Assembly (NCBI RefSeq): GCF_030144855.1 | Contig: NC_082730.1 | Coordinates: 13,516,001-13,580,000, forward strand | From: Hypanus sabinus | Taxonomy: Eukaryota | Length of the DNA stretch: 64,000 nt | Direction: 5' to 3' | In this document: positions 25,263-37,020 of the stretch, piece after piece | Position numbering within the stretch: the stretch's first letter is position 1 | Layout: every line of letters starts with the position of its first letter | Program-made: the position numbers and the translations under genes | The notes under the pieces: model-generated | What the model was told of the DNA's origin: nothing | Databases searched by the model: none | Seen by the model: the letters and a program-made list of their open reading frames with translations, nothing else

Positions 25263-25311
25263 CTGCCAATGAAACGCTGATGAAGGTGAATATAAGTTGA
25301 ATGAATTTCAT
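25263..25311 (-). CDS. Gene B leader exon: MKFIQLIFTFISVSLA(A)
   Basis: aaacATG; 16 hydrophobic codons plus G|GTAAGC, phase 1. It joins V exon CT GAA ATA to give ...SLAAEITGP. Confidence 0.85.
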
Positions 25312-25390
25312 GTTTAATAATAGTCTGCTAATACAGAACATGATTGCCACTTCGCACAGTCTGACTTTATCCAGAAAATGTTATTTGCTT

Positions 25391-25435
25391 CTTATCTGGA
25401 TATCATGAAATGATGTTTGTTCTCAATTGCGCAAA
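25391..25435 (-). promoter_or_regulatory. Putative gene B promoter: GATA site and C/EBP site
   Basis: AGATAAG (25391-25397) and ATTGCGCAAA (25426-25435), 80-125 nt upstream of the ATG; motif match only. Confidence 0.45.
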
Positions 25436-25949
25436 GCCCCTGCGAGGTTATTTGATGGCAAAGATAATACTGTAAATGTCACTGGACGTTCTCGTTGGAG
25501 CGAGATTTTACTCCATCATGCGATATTTCAGTGCTTGCTTATTTGCTGTTCTGCCTGGAGTCTCAAAGGTCGATCACCGCTACTAGATCTCGGGAATCAG
25601 AGCCAATGAATGAGGGGGTTGTGCCTAGAAATTCAACTACATAATATCATACAAGGGAAAATCTGCAGATGCTGGAATTCAAAGTAATACACATAAAATG
25701 CTGGCAGAACTCAACAGTCCAAGCAGCATCTATGGAAAAGAATCAACAGTTGACGTTTTGGGCTGAGACCATTCTTCAGGACTCCTGATGAAGGATCTTG
25801 GCATGAAATATTGACTGTTTACTCTACAGAAATGAAACATTGAAAGGTTTGCAAAATACAGAATGTTGGGCTCTGAGGAGTGCAATAGAACAAAGTGATT
25901 GGGGTAGACAAATGTGTAATCCCTTGGAAATGGCATCACAGGTATATTA

Positions 25950-26312
25950 AACTTTAATCTGTCTCGAGCCTTATAGGCTCATCAGGCTGGTGCTTTTGCC
26001 AGTTTCCGTGGCGTGAAGCAACTGAGACTACGAGACTCCCCCCCCCCCCCCCACCCGCCCCGATAAACGCCAGTCTATCGCGAGGTTAAACCCCAGCATT
26101 TTGCTGGTACCTATTTTCAGCTGGGTACCATTTTGCTTATTTGCTGTTCTGCCTGGAGTCTCAAAGGTCGATCACCGCTACTAGATCTCGGGACTGGAGC
26201 AGTGTGTGGTTAAGTGCCTTGCTCAGGGACACAAAATGTTGCCTCAGCTGGGGCTCGAACTCACAACCTTCAGATCGCTAATCCAACGCCTTAACCACTT
26301 GGCCACGCGCCA
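25950..26312 (-). mobile_element. tRNA-derived SINE carrying a 61-bp foreign insert
   Basis: Head GTGGCCAAGTGGTTAAGGCG...GTGAGTTCGAGCCCC, then CTGAGCAAGGCACTTAACC and a conserved central domain. Confidence 0.8.
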
Positions 26313-26334
26313 CATATACATCACAGGAATAGCA

Positions 26335-26930
26335 TATTAAAGAAAGCTTTTGGCACATTAGCCCTCATAAATCAATGCATTGGATAGAGGTGTTGGGATT
26401 GTATAAATCGTTGAGATTGTATAAGCCATTGTTGAGGTTTAATTTGGAGTATTGTGCGCTGTTTTGGTCACCTACATCCAGGAAAGATGTAAATAAGGTT
26501 GAAAGAGTGAAGAGAAAACGTATGAGAATGCTGTTAGGACTTGAGGACCTGAGTGTTCAGGCAAATTTGTAAAGGTTAGGACATTATTCCTTACAGCTTA
26601 GAAAACAGAGGGGGAATTTGATAGAGCTATACAAAACTATGAGGGGTATAGAGAGGGTAAAAGTAAGCAGGCTTTTTCCACTGCGGTTGGTTGAGACTAT
26701 ATCTAGAAGTCATGTGTTAACAGTGAAAGGTAAAATATTTAAGGAGAACATGAGAGGGAAGTTCTTCACTCAGAGGATGGCGAGAGTGTGGTATGAGCTG
26801 CCAGTGGAAGTGGCTATAGACCTTGTGCAGGCTAATAGTACCGGGCAGATTAATGGCTTAGCATGGACCAGGTGGGCTGAAGGGCCTCTTCCTGTGCTGT
26901 AGTGTTATATGACTTTATGACTATGAACTG
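26335..26930 (+). mobile_element. CR1 LINE 3' fragment
   Basis: ORFs 26375-26572 and 26618-26902 (LEYCALFWSP...ERVKR; LIELYKTMRGI). Confidence 0.88.
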
Positions 26931-26954
26931 CTCCCACAAACTATGGGCTCAATT

Positions 26955-27205
26955 TCAAGAGCAAACACGAGGAAATCTGCAGATGCTGGAAATTCAAACA
27001 ACAACACACACAAAATGCTGGTGGAACACAGCAGACCAGGCAGCATCTATAGGGAGAAGCGCTTGTCGACGTTTCGGGCCGAGACCTGACGAGGTCCTGA
27101 CGAAGGGTCTTGGCCCAAAACATCGACAGTGCTTCTCCCTATAGATGCTGCCGGGCCTGCTGTGTTCCACCAGCATTTTGTGTGTGTTGTTGGCTCAATT
27201 TCAAG
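26955..27205. mobile_element. Palindromic non-autonomous Penelope-derived element
   Basis: GGAAATCTGCAGATGCTGG...ACACAAAATGCTGG arm and its reverse complement around a centre with two opposed, decayed hammerhead cores. About 20 relatives occur in the window. Confidence 0.8.
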
Positions 27206-29529
27206 GACTCTTCAGCTCATTGTCTTGATATTTATTTCTTATTTATTACACTTTCTTTTTCTTTATTTTTTGTAGTTGCATTGTGTGTTGTCTTTTGCAC
27301 AGTGGTTGTCTGACTGTCCTGTTGGATGTGGTCCTTCATTGATTCTATTGTGTAGCTTGTATTTACTGTGATTGCCTACGCAATAAAGGAATCTCAGGAT
27401 TGCACATGATGTACAGATAGATGTCCTTTGATAATAAATTCACTTTGTACTTTGAATGCAGGCTTCGATATCTAAGTGATGAAAGATGGAAAGGAAAGCC
27501 ACGTACAATAAACAAGTGTTTGTAAAATTTTAATATCATCATGGAAGTAAAGAATAGCACAATCATTTAAACACGAAAAGTGATCACACAAATAATAAAA
27601 AAACCTAGAGACTAGTAAATCCTTCTTCAGCTGTGAAATTAGATTTAAAAAATGTAAACCAGCTTGTCAATAGTATTATAGAAAATACATTAGGTAAATT
27701 ATATTCTGATTTCTAAACAACTGAATGTAGATTTCATGTTTTAAATTCAGTAGCTATTACATTTGATATTTTAAAACATAATTCTATAGGTTATTGTCAA
27801 GTTCTAGATGAAAATGTACAAAAACAAATTGGATTTCAAAGTCTCATTTGCAGAAATGCAGACTCCAGTGTTGCTTAAATGTCAGGGAACACTTCTTGTT
27901 GACCAAAAAGAGTTTAGAGAACAATTTATTATTAACTTGGCATAAAATGCAATGCTGTCTTCTTCCCAGTTACCCATTCTAGCACAACTAATAGATTCAA
28001 TGAAGCCTCAGATCCCCTACGTGATAAATTATGAAGATCCAGTTCATTCTCTGCCTCTGATTGATTGTGTGTTTTACACTATACACTGTATGTTTCTTCT
28101 TTACACTCTTACACTCAAGTGTAAGACTCAATGTCACACAGATAAGCCACGCTGCTCAGCCAGGCAAAGGGTTTTGACTACATAGTCTAAGGTTATAGCA
28201 CTTAAATTAAGAGAAAAATCATTCTACCTGATTTTTCAGTGATTAAAGTATCCAATTGTCTGGATGCCAATTGGCTCTCCACTTGAAGGCATCTTGCAAT
28301 GGTGCTAATTGGTGATCAAGTTGTATTACACAGGCGTCCTCATCAATTCCAATTTGAGTTAAATGTTAATGGGAATTAATGTTAATTCTTAAATAATCTC
28401 GTTTACACATTGCAGACATAAACCTCCACAGATGTGTATGGACAATGCATGATGTCGAACTGCGGACAAATTAATACTTCAAGTTTGATGTTTGGTGAAA
28501 TTAGTTGGAGTTTGTACCTTGAGGATAATAATCAGACTGCATTCAATATAAAGATCATGTGAAAATTCAATTTCTGACTATACCATTCAATATAGAAATT
28601 ATGAAAGAATAACTGGCCTTTCGAATGTTTACGTTTCATATGAGTCTCACCCCAGCCCAGGTACAGCTTTTCTCTATTACTACATATTCTGTCCTTTATC
28701 ATTTATGTTCTTAAAGGAAACGATTATCTACCTTTACCACACCATTTTGCGATGCACTCTACATTCTCCCTACTCATTGGCCTGCTTAATCTAAAATGAA
28801 TGATGAAAAATATTCTTTCACAGATGTCTGCCTTGCTCAAAACTCCCATTTATCTGTCTTTTCTGCAAATGGAGCAGTACTGGAACAAAGCTGATCAAAG
28901 ATTTACTGGGAAATAAATGTTTAATTGTATGAATTCAAGATTTTCAGGATGGAACTCATCCTGGTGTGGGAAGGCCATTTAAATCTGTTATTTTGAGAGT
29001 GTTGCTTTAATCTTAAATTAAGGAACATTATCTTTGCTAAGTCAACACTCCACATCAAGGAAATGTCAGAAAAATGAGAAACACCAAGGAAATTGGTAAC
29101 CTTCTGAGCTCCTCCAGCATTTTGTGTGTGTTAATCTGGATTTCCAGCATCTGCAGAATCTGTGTTTGTGATGATCAGTTGATCTACTGTGTAGTGTCAA
29201 TAAGAATAATTCAAACTGCCACCACTCATCGTCAAATGCTGTGACAGAGTGGTGCTAACACAAACGCTTTATGATTGCTGACTGTAATACAAATGATTTT
29301 TAGCAATATTCAGTTGTAAATTGTTAACTCTTCGTTTCTGCAATTGGCAATGTGTGGTTAATTGGTGCTTGATTATTGCCACTGTACTCTTGGTTACAGC
29401 AAGATAGGGTTGGCATCCAATTGTAGGAAACAAGAGTCTAACTTCTACTCCTCTCTAAATGCGCTAATGAAGAATATGAGTAGCACTCATTCAGAACTGG
29501 AATAGCAAGTTGTGTCAACGTTGCATTAA

Positions 29530-29670
29530 TACTTCTCAGGTTCCCAGCCGGGTCCAGGTGTCAATTTTAACCAATGTTTCAATGACAGACTCCCTGATGA
29601 AGATGACGGAGCTTGTCATTGAAATGTCACTTAAAGTCGACACCCGGACCCAACTGGAAGCCCGAGAACA
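29530..29670 (+). mobile_element. Second palindromic Penelope-type element with a decayed hammerhead core
   Basis: CTGATGA(29594-29600)-A-GATGAC/GGAGCTT/GTCATT-GAAA-TGTC inside imperfect inverted arms. Confidence 0.55.
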
Positions 29671-32321
29671 GTTTATGTGTAATATACGCCACAAAATCAC
29701 TAGATCATTGTGTCAATACCAGTTCTTTCCAATCTAGTAACAACTTGTGTTATCTCCACTGATTACCAAATTTAGTAATCAATGGTATATTACCTCCTAC
29801 TACCAAATTCTGTCAACAATAGCTATAATACCATTTATACCCAGCTGCAATATTTAATGATGGCAACACAATGCATTTCCAACTACAGTAAATAACAAAC
29901 AAGAGAAAGTCTGCAGGTGCTGGAAATCCGAGCAACACACACAAGATGCAGGAGGAACTCAGCAGGTCAGGCAGCATCTATGGAAATGAATAAACAGTCG
30001 CCTTTTTCAGGCCGAGGCCCTTTTATCAACACTCATTCCCAGTTTTGAAAACCATTATTGCTAACATCCCTTTTGCCTCACTACAGTAACTAATACTCTA
30101 AACATTTCCCATTAACAACTTGAAATAGGAAAACAATAGTGTAAATGGCAACTAATTGTCAACTGCAGTAACTAACAATAGCATTATCTCTCACAAAATG
30201 CTGGAGGTCAGGCAGCATCTGTGGAGAGGATGAAAGGTTTCAGACCAAAATGTCGGCTCTTTATTCCTTTCCATAGATGCTGCCTGAGCTGTTGAGTTCC
30301 TCCAGCATTTTATGTGTGTTGCTCTGGATTTCGAGCATCTGCAGAATCTCTTGTGTTTATGGCATTATCAGTGCTGTACTTATTAATAGTGTTCACACCC
30401 CGGAGTTCTAACTTATTTTAACAATAATGCAACCGACAACCAGAGTAACCAACTGGTTTAACACCACTCAGCTTCAGTTGCCACAACCATTACTAATTCC
30501 CAATCAAATGGTAACCCATGTTACACTTCTTTAACTATTGAAAAACATTAATACTGTACTATCACGGACCATTGCTCAGTCATTATTAGTCTCGACACTC
30601 TGCATCCCCAATTGCAGCAAACAATCATAAGCATCCCTTATTGTCAGCTGTGACAACCAATCGTGACAATGCCATTCATTCCATCTGCAGTAGACAATGA
30701 TATCATCACCATTCTTTGACAACTCTCTTTGCAAATTATGTTAATGACTTTTGGTTGCATTGCCCAGTGCTATTAGCAACATGCACTCCCATCTGCACCA
30801 AGAATTACGTATCAATATCACTCATTTTGAACCGGGGTTACTAACCTGTCTCCAGTTACCCTAGCCATTCTTTTTTATTGAATCATGGTAATTGCAGTGA
30901 CCATTTGTGCTCATGCCTCATTTCCAACTCAAAAGCAGAAGAGATTCTGCAGATGCCGGACATCCAGAACAACAGAGACACACAAAATGCTGGAGGAACT
31001 GAGCCGGTCAGCATCTATGGAGAGGGATAAAGAAAGGACTGCTGATCCCCCTCTCTATAGATGCTGCCTGACCTGCTGAGTACCTCCAGCATTTTGTGTA
31101 TGTGTGTCATTCACAATTGCAGTAATTAAGTGCAGTTTTGACAGAAGCTTTTACCAAGGGGCAGTATTGGTAAGTCTCATGGGCCAGTTGTTCAGAACTC
31201 CTCTTGTTTATCAGTAGCTCAGCCTGGAGGCTGGCAGCGAAGCAAAGGGCTGGACAGTCTGGTTGGCCAACAGAGTGCAAGGAAGTGTTTCACATTGCTG
31301 CATCACAGCAAATCATGTGCAACTACTGTATCTGAGCACTTTTAACACAGCACAAAACCTGAAGTGAAGAACACCAGTCGTAGTATCTAAATCGCATTGA
31401 GTGCAAGCATATGCACTACCTTCAGACAATGAAGCACAGTTAGGTGTAAGCTTAACTAAATATTAAATAGTGAAGAGTCAGGAAGAAATTGTAGTTGTGC
31501 ACCTTTTTGCATGTTATTCTGGGGCACTATGTATCAGAATGGCACAGCCATAGTACATGAGACACCAGAGAAAAACTTAGGACTGACCATTAGCTATTGT
31601 GTTTCATGCTTTCACTCCCCCGCTTCTAATCTAATGGAGCTTTCTCTTTGTCCCTGATTTGACTATTTGTCTGAGACTAACTCTCTAGTTACTAAGGAAG
31701 TCAGTGTTGACTATTAGGTTATGTAGGTAGGTGAAAAAGTAGGTCATAGAGTCATAGAACGCTACAGCACAGAAACGGCCCTTCGGCCCATCCACTCATT
31801 CAGTTACGAAAGGTCATTCCGTGATTCAATTGGATCACGGCTGATTTGTTTCTTGGATCCAGATCACCCAGCCTAATAAATAACTAACAATCTCTGTTCT
31901 GAGTTTTTCAATTGACACCCCCTTCACCCCCCCCCCCCCCACCCCATAAGCATGCATACCTCAGCAGATTTTTGGGAGAGAGAATTCCATATTTCCACTC
32001 CATGCTCGGTGAAGAAATGATGTCTAATATTGCCCCTGAAAAACTGAGTTCTAGCTTACTTCCCCTTAATCCTGAGCCCTTCCCGAAATGAAGTAGATTC
32101 TCTCTGTCCACCCAACGTAAGTTCAAAGGGCAAATGAGTGCCTAGGATTCATGGCATGGGTACGCATTGGGAAAATCTGGCAGTGTGTTCTGTGACTTAT
32201 CTGATACGCGGTGGCTGGATAGAACGCACTAAGTGATAAACGTATCCAAATGGAGCAAATTACGATTTACAAGGACGCTGTTCTGCGGAAAACGGGGCAG
32301 ACGTTAGGTGGAGCAGAATGT

Positions 32322-32513
32322 TTACTTTTTGAATGCAATTGTAGAATACTCTATTTGTTCTGAAGCTGGAGGCTCGATAACTGATGGCTTGCTCTCCTCC
32401 GGGCTGCTGGAAGGGTTCACATTATCGTACGTGGCGGAGTCTTCCTGAGGGTGGCCAGTAGGCTGAATCGCCACAGTGGCATAGGTAACTCCAGCTTCCT
32501 TCTCTTTGGAGAG
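32322..32513 (-). CDS. Gene A terminal exon with three tyrosine motifs (VTYATV, ATYDNV, IEYSTI)
   Basis: Acceptor tctcattctctgtctgcag, phase 0, 63 codons then TAA: LSKEKEAGVTYATVAIQPTGHPQEDSATYDNVNPSSSPEESKPSVIEPPASEQIEYSTIAFKK. Confidence 0.92.
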   Translation of the reverse strand, partial: LSKEKEAGVTYATVAIQPTGHPQEDSATYDNVNPSSSPEESKPSVIEPPASEQIEYSTIAFKK

Positions 32514-32687
32514 CTGCAGACAGAGAATGAGACGAACTGTTAACTCTTCAGTAAAATTATATTGGCTTTAATTACTCCCAGAGTAAAAAAGGGGTTATGG
32601 TATAAAACTACATAATCGCTATATCTACAGTATTGTACTTTGGTGTAGCAGGTACTGTTGTGGTCTCCATATCAAGAGGGCAGATGT

Positions 32688-33245
32688 ATAACCTGGAGTA
32701 TTGTATACAGTTCTGGTTGCCCCATTATAAGAAAGATGTTGAGACTGTGGAGAGGGTGCAGAAGAGATTTACCAGGATGCTGCCTGGATTAAAAGGCATG
32801 TGCTACAACGAGAGTTTGGACAAACTTGGATTGCTTCTCTGGAATGGCAAAGGCTGAGGTGAGATCCGATAGAGGTTTATAAGTTTACGAGAGGCAAAGA
32901 CAGAGCAGACAGTATCTTTTTCCCAGGGTTGAAATGCCTAATATCAGAGTGCATGTGTTTAAGGTGAGACGGGGTAAGTTTGCAGGAGATGTGAGGGGCA
33001 AGTTTTCTTTTTGCAAAGAGTGGTGGGTGTCTGAGATACAGTGCCTAGGATGGTGGTAGAGGCAGACACATTAGGGAATTTAAAGAGACTTTCAGAGAGG
33101 CACACGAGCGTGAGGGAAATGGGTGGATATGGACCTTGTGCGGGCAAAAGGGATTACTTTAGTTAGCCATTTCATCACTAATGGTGGTCCAGTACAACAT
33201 TGTGGGCCGAAGGTCCTCTTCCTGCACTGTACTGTTCTACGTTCA
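32688..33245 (+). mobile_element. CR1 LINE 3' fragment
   Basis: LEYCIQFWLPHYKKDVETVERVQKRFTRMLPGL in ORF 32633-32857. Confidence 0.9.
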
Positions 33246-33482
33246 ATTAACCAGGGAACAAAGTGTTAAGAATATTGATATCTGGGATAAATTCCTTGGA
33301 GAGGGTTACCCAATGCAGAGGGGAGTTTTAGAAGACCAAGAAGTGATCCCATAGAATCATAGAAACAACACAAAAACATTCCTTCACACCACTCAGTGTA
33401 TGCAACCATAAAGCAACCATCTTTACACTAATCCACCCTAATTCACTTCATCCTCAACTCACTGAAGGTTCTGTCCACTCCA

Positions 33483-34890
33483 CTCCACTCTTCAAGAAGG
33501 GAGAGAGACAGAAGAAAGGAAACCATAGGCCAGTTAGTCTGATACCAGTGACTGGGAAGAAGTTGGAGTCAATTATTAAAGATGAGATCTCGGGGGTACT
33601 TGGAGGCACATGATAAGAAAGGCCATAGTCATTATGGTTTCCTTCAGGGGAAAATCTTGCCTGACAAATCTGTTGGAATTCCAAGAAGAAATAACAAGCA
33701 GGATAGACAAAGGAAAATCGCTGGATGTTGTGTATTTGGATTTTCAGGCCTTTGATAAGGTGTCACACATAAGGCTGCTTAACATGTTTTGAGTCCATGG
33801 TATTACTGGAAAGATTCTAGCATGGATAAAACAGTGGCTAATTGGCAGGAGGCAAAGAGCGAAAATAAAGAGAGGTTTCTCTGGCTGGCAGCTGGTAACT
33901 ATTGGTGTTCCACATGGGTCTGTGTTGGGACCGATTCCTCTTACGTAACATGTCAATGATTTGGATGATGGAATTGATGGCTTTGTTGGAAAGTTTGATG
34001 ACAATATGAAGACAGGTGGAGGGGCAGGTAGTTTTGAGGAAGTAGAGATGTTACAGAAAGACTTAGACAGATTAGGAGCATGGGCAAAGAAATAGCAGAT
34101 TGGAATACAGAGTCGGGAAGTGTATGGTCATGCACTTTGGTAGAAAAAAATGAAAGGCTTGACTATTTCCTAAATGGAGAGGAAGTACAAAAACTAAGGT
34201 GCAAAGGAACTTGGGAGACCTTGTGCAGGATTCCCTAAATATTAATTTGTAGGTTGAATCTGCAGTGAAGAAGGCAAATGCAATGTTAGCATTCATTTCA
34301 AGAGAATTAGAATATAAAAGCAAGGATGTAATGTTGAGACTTTATAAAGCACTGGTGTGGTCTCACTTGGAGTATTGTGAGCAGTTTTTGGCCTCTTATT
34401 TTAAAAAAGATGTGCTGAAACTGGAGACGGTTCAAAGGAGGTTCACGAAAATGATTCCAGGATTGAACAGCTTGTCATATGAAGAGTGTTTGATGGCTCT
34501 GGGCCTGTATTCGCTGGAATTCAGAAGAATGAGGAGTGATCTCATTGAAACCTATCGAATGTTTCCTATGGTGGGAGAGTCTAAGAGCAGAGGTCAGCCT
34601 CAGAATAGAGGTGTGTCCTTTTAGAACAGAGAGAATGAATTTATTTAGCCAGTGAGTGGTGAATCTGTGGAATTCTTTGCCACAGGTAACTGTGGAGGTC
34701 AAGTCTATGTACAAACGTTTGTATATTTAAGGCAGAGGTTGATAGATTCTTGATTGGTCACGGCATGAAGAGATACGGGGAGAAGACAAGACATTGGGGC
34801 TGAGAGGAAAGTTGGAACAGCCATGATGAAATGGCAGATCAATGGGCCAAATTGCCTAATTCTGCTCCAATATCTTAGCGTCTTATCGTC
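33483..34890 (+). mobile_element. CR1 LINE ORF2 (RT) 3' fragment
   Basis: GKSCLTNLLEF...DVVYLDFQ.AFDKV and KKANAMLAFISR...LYKALV.SHLEYCEQF. Confidence 0.93.
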
Positions 34891-36704
34891 TTATTATTTG
34901 ACTCTACTAACATGTTCTGCACATCTTTTGGATTTGGGGGAAGCTGAAGCACTTGAAGAAACTAGCTTTGTAAAAGGAAGAACATGGAAACTCTACACAA
35001 ATACCATTTGAACCCGGTATCCGAATGTGTGAGTCAGCAGCTCTATGTTGTCTTGCATTGGCACAAATGAGTAATTGGTTTATCAGTTTCACAGGTACTG
35101 AATTACAGTGAAAATTTTGCTTTACATACTGCCCATAAAGATCAATTTAGTTTGACTGTGCATTGATGTACTACAAGGTAAAAATATTAATACAGTAAAT
35201 TGTTACAGGAGAATGGGCTTGAGAGGCATAAGTAGCGACCAGTTAGCGTGACACTAGTAAAGCTCAAGGCATCAAAGTTCAGAGTTCAAATTCGTCGCTA
35301 TCTGTAAGGGGTCTGTACATACTTCTTGTGACTGTGTGGGTTTCCTCCAGGTGCACCAGTTTCCTCCCACCTTCCAAAGATATACTGGTTAGTAGGTCAA
35401 TTGGTTATTGTAAATTGTCCAGTGATTAGACTAAGGTTAAGTTAGGGGGTTGCTGGGTGGCGTCCCTCACTGGGCCAGAAGGGCCTGCTTGGGCTGTATC
35501 TCTTAATAAAAAAAAATCCATGATGGAATGGTGGATCACACTCGATGGGCCAAATGGCCTCATTCTCTTCCTACACCTTATGGTGCTGTGATCTTAAGCT
35601 CATGGAGTACACGGTTTAGGAGAAGGTAGAAGATGGGAGGCTGTTCTCTTGAGCTGAAGGGTATGGAACAATGGGGCTCACTCTCAGAACAAGAAGCCAG
35701 GCACACGAATGTATCAAAATCTTCTGCAGCTTAGTGTGAACATGTTGTTACACTCGTGAAGTGATGTGAGATGCTTCACTACTTTGATGGCAGTAAACAC
35801 AGAGCAGTTGTTGATTTGGGGCAGCACAGTGCATGGAGGATAGCGTAATGTTATTACAATGCCAGCAAACTGGATTCATTCTCTGCCGCTGCCAATGAGG
35901 AGTTTGTACATTCTCCAGTGGCTGTGTGGGCTTCCTCTGGGTGCTCCAGTGTCCTCCCACATTCCAACAGCCTACAGGTTAGTAGGTTACTTGGTCACAT
36001 CGGTGTAATTTGGCATTGTGGGCTCGTCGGGATGTAAGAGCCTGGTACTGTGCAGTATCGCCAGATAAAACATAAAATGTATATATATATATATATATAC
36101 ACACACACATTATCAAAACATGTATGCAATATACAACACCAAAATGTTGTATATATATATATACACACACATACACACACCAGAGCTATTTATATATATA
36201 TCATATCCACAGTGGGAATGTATTCTTTAAATGGGATATGTAATCTTTTTAATGTAATTGGATTTCTGGGTCTTGGGCAAGGTTTAATTGATGTGGTTTA
36301 TGGATTGAACTAGTTCATGTTATGATGTGTTTCTGGTTTTTGATCACTTTTTTGCTGCTATTTTGGGCAATTTTGATCAGGGCAGCCTGCAGATAATGAA
36401 CTAAGCTGAACTGAATATGCCAGGACCCTCTCGATTTTGTGCTTTATATTCTGTTTCTCACTCATTTTTTTTGGTTGCCGTTTGTGCGACTGGTTTTTAT
36501 TTGCACATGTGGGAAGGGAGTTAATGTTTTTCTTTGAATGGGTTCCGTGCTTTTCTTTGTTTCATAACTGCCTGTAAGGAAGACGAATTTTGGTGTTGTA
36601 TATTGCATACATGTTTTGATAATAAATGTAGTTTGAATCATGAAATGGGTAACGTAATCTTCAAATGGTATGGCCGACTCCAAAACATCTTATTGTCAAG
36701 AGTG

Positions 36705-36945
36705 CAAACACAAGGAAATCTGCAGATGCTGGAAATTCAAGCAACACACACAAAATGCTGGTGGAACGCAGTAGGCCAGGCAGCATCTATGGGAAGAAGT
36801 ACAGTCGACATTTCGGGCTGAGACCTTTCGTCAGGACTAACTGAAAGAAGTTAGTCTTGATGAAGGATCTTGGCCTGAAATGTCGACTGTACTTCTTCCT
36901 ATAGATGCTGTCTGGCCTACTGCGTTCCACCAGCATTTTGTGCAT
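36705..36945. mobile_element. Palindromic Penelope-derived element in a gene A intron
   Basis: About 110-nt inverted arms. The minus-strand hammerhead core reads AGTC-CTGACGA-AAGGTCTCAGCCC-GAAATGTC-GACT. Confidence 0.8.
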
Positions 36946-36967
36946 TGTCAAGAGTGTGCAGCCTTAC

Positions 36968-37020
36968 CACAGAGTTTGACTTCGGAATAGAATTCTCAGC
37001 AGTTGACTCCTTCTCCTTAT
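36968..37020 (-). CDS. Gene A cytoplasmic exon: (D)KEKESTAENSIPKSNSV
   Basis: Acceptor tgtttgtatttttag, donor GTG|GTAAGG, 53 nt, phase 1 to 0, bridging to the phase-0 terminal exon. Confidence 0.82.
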
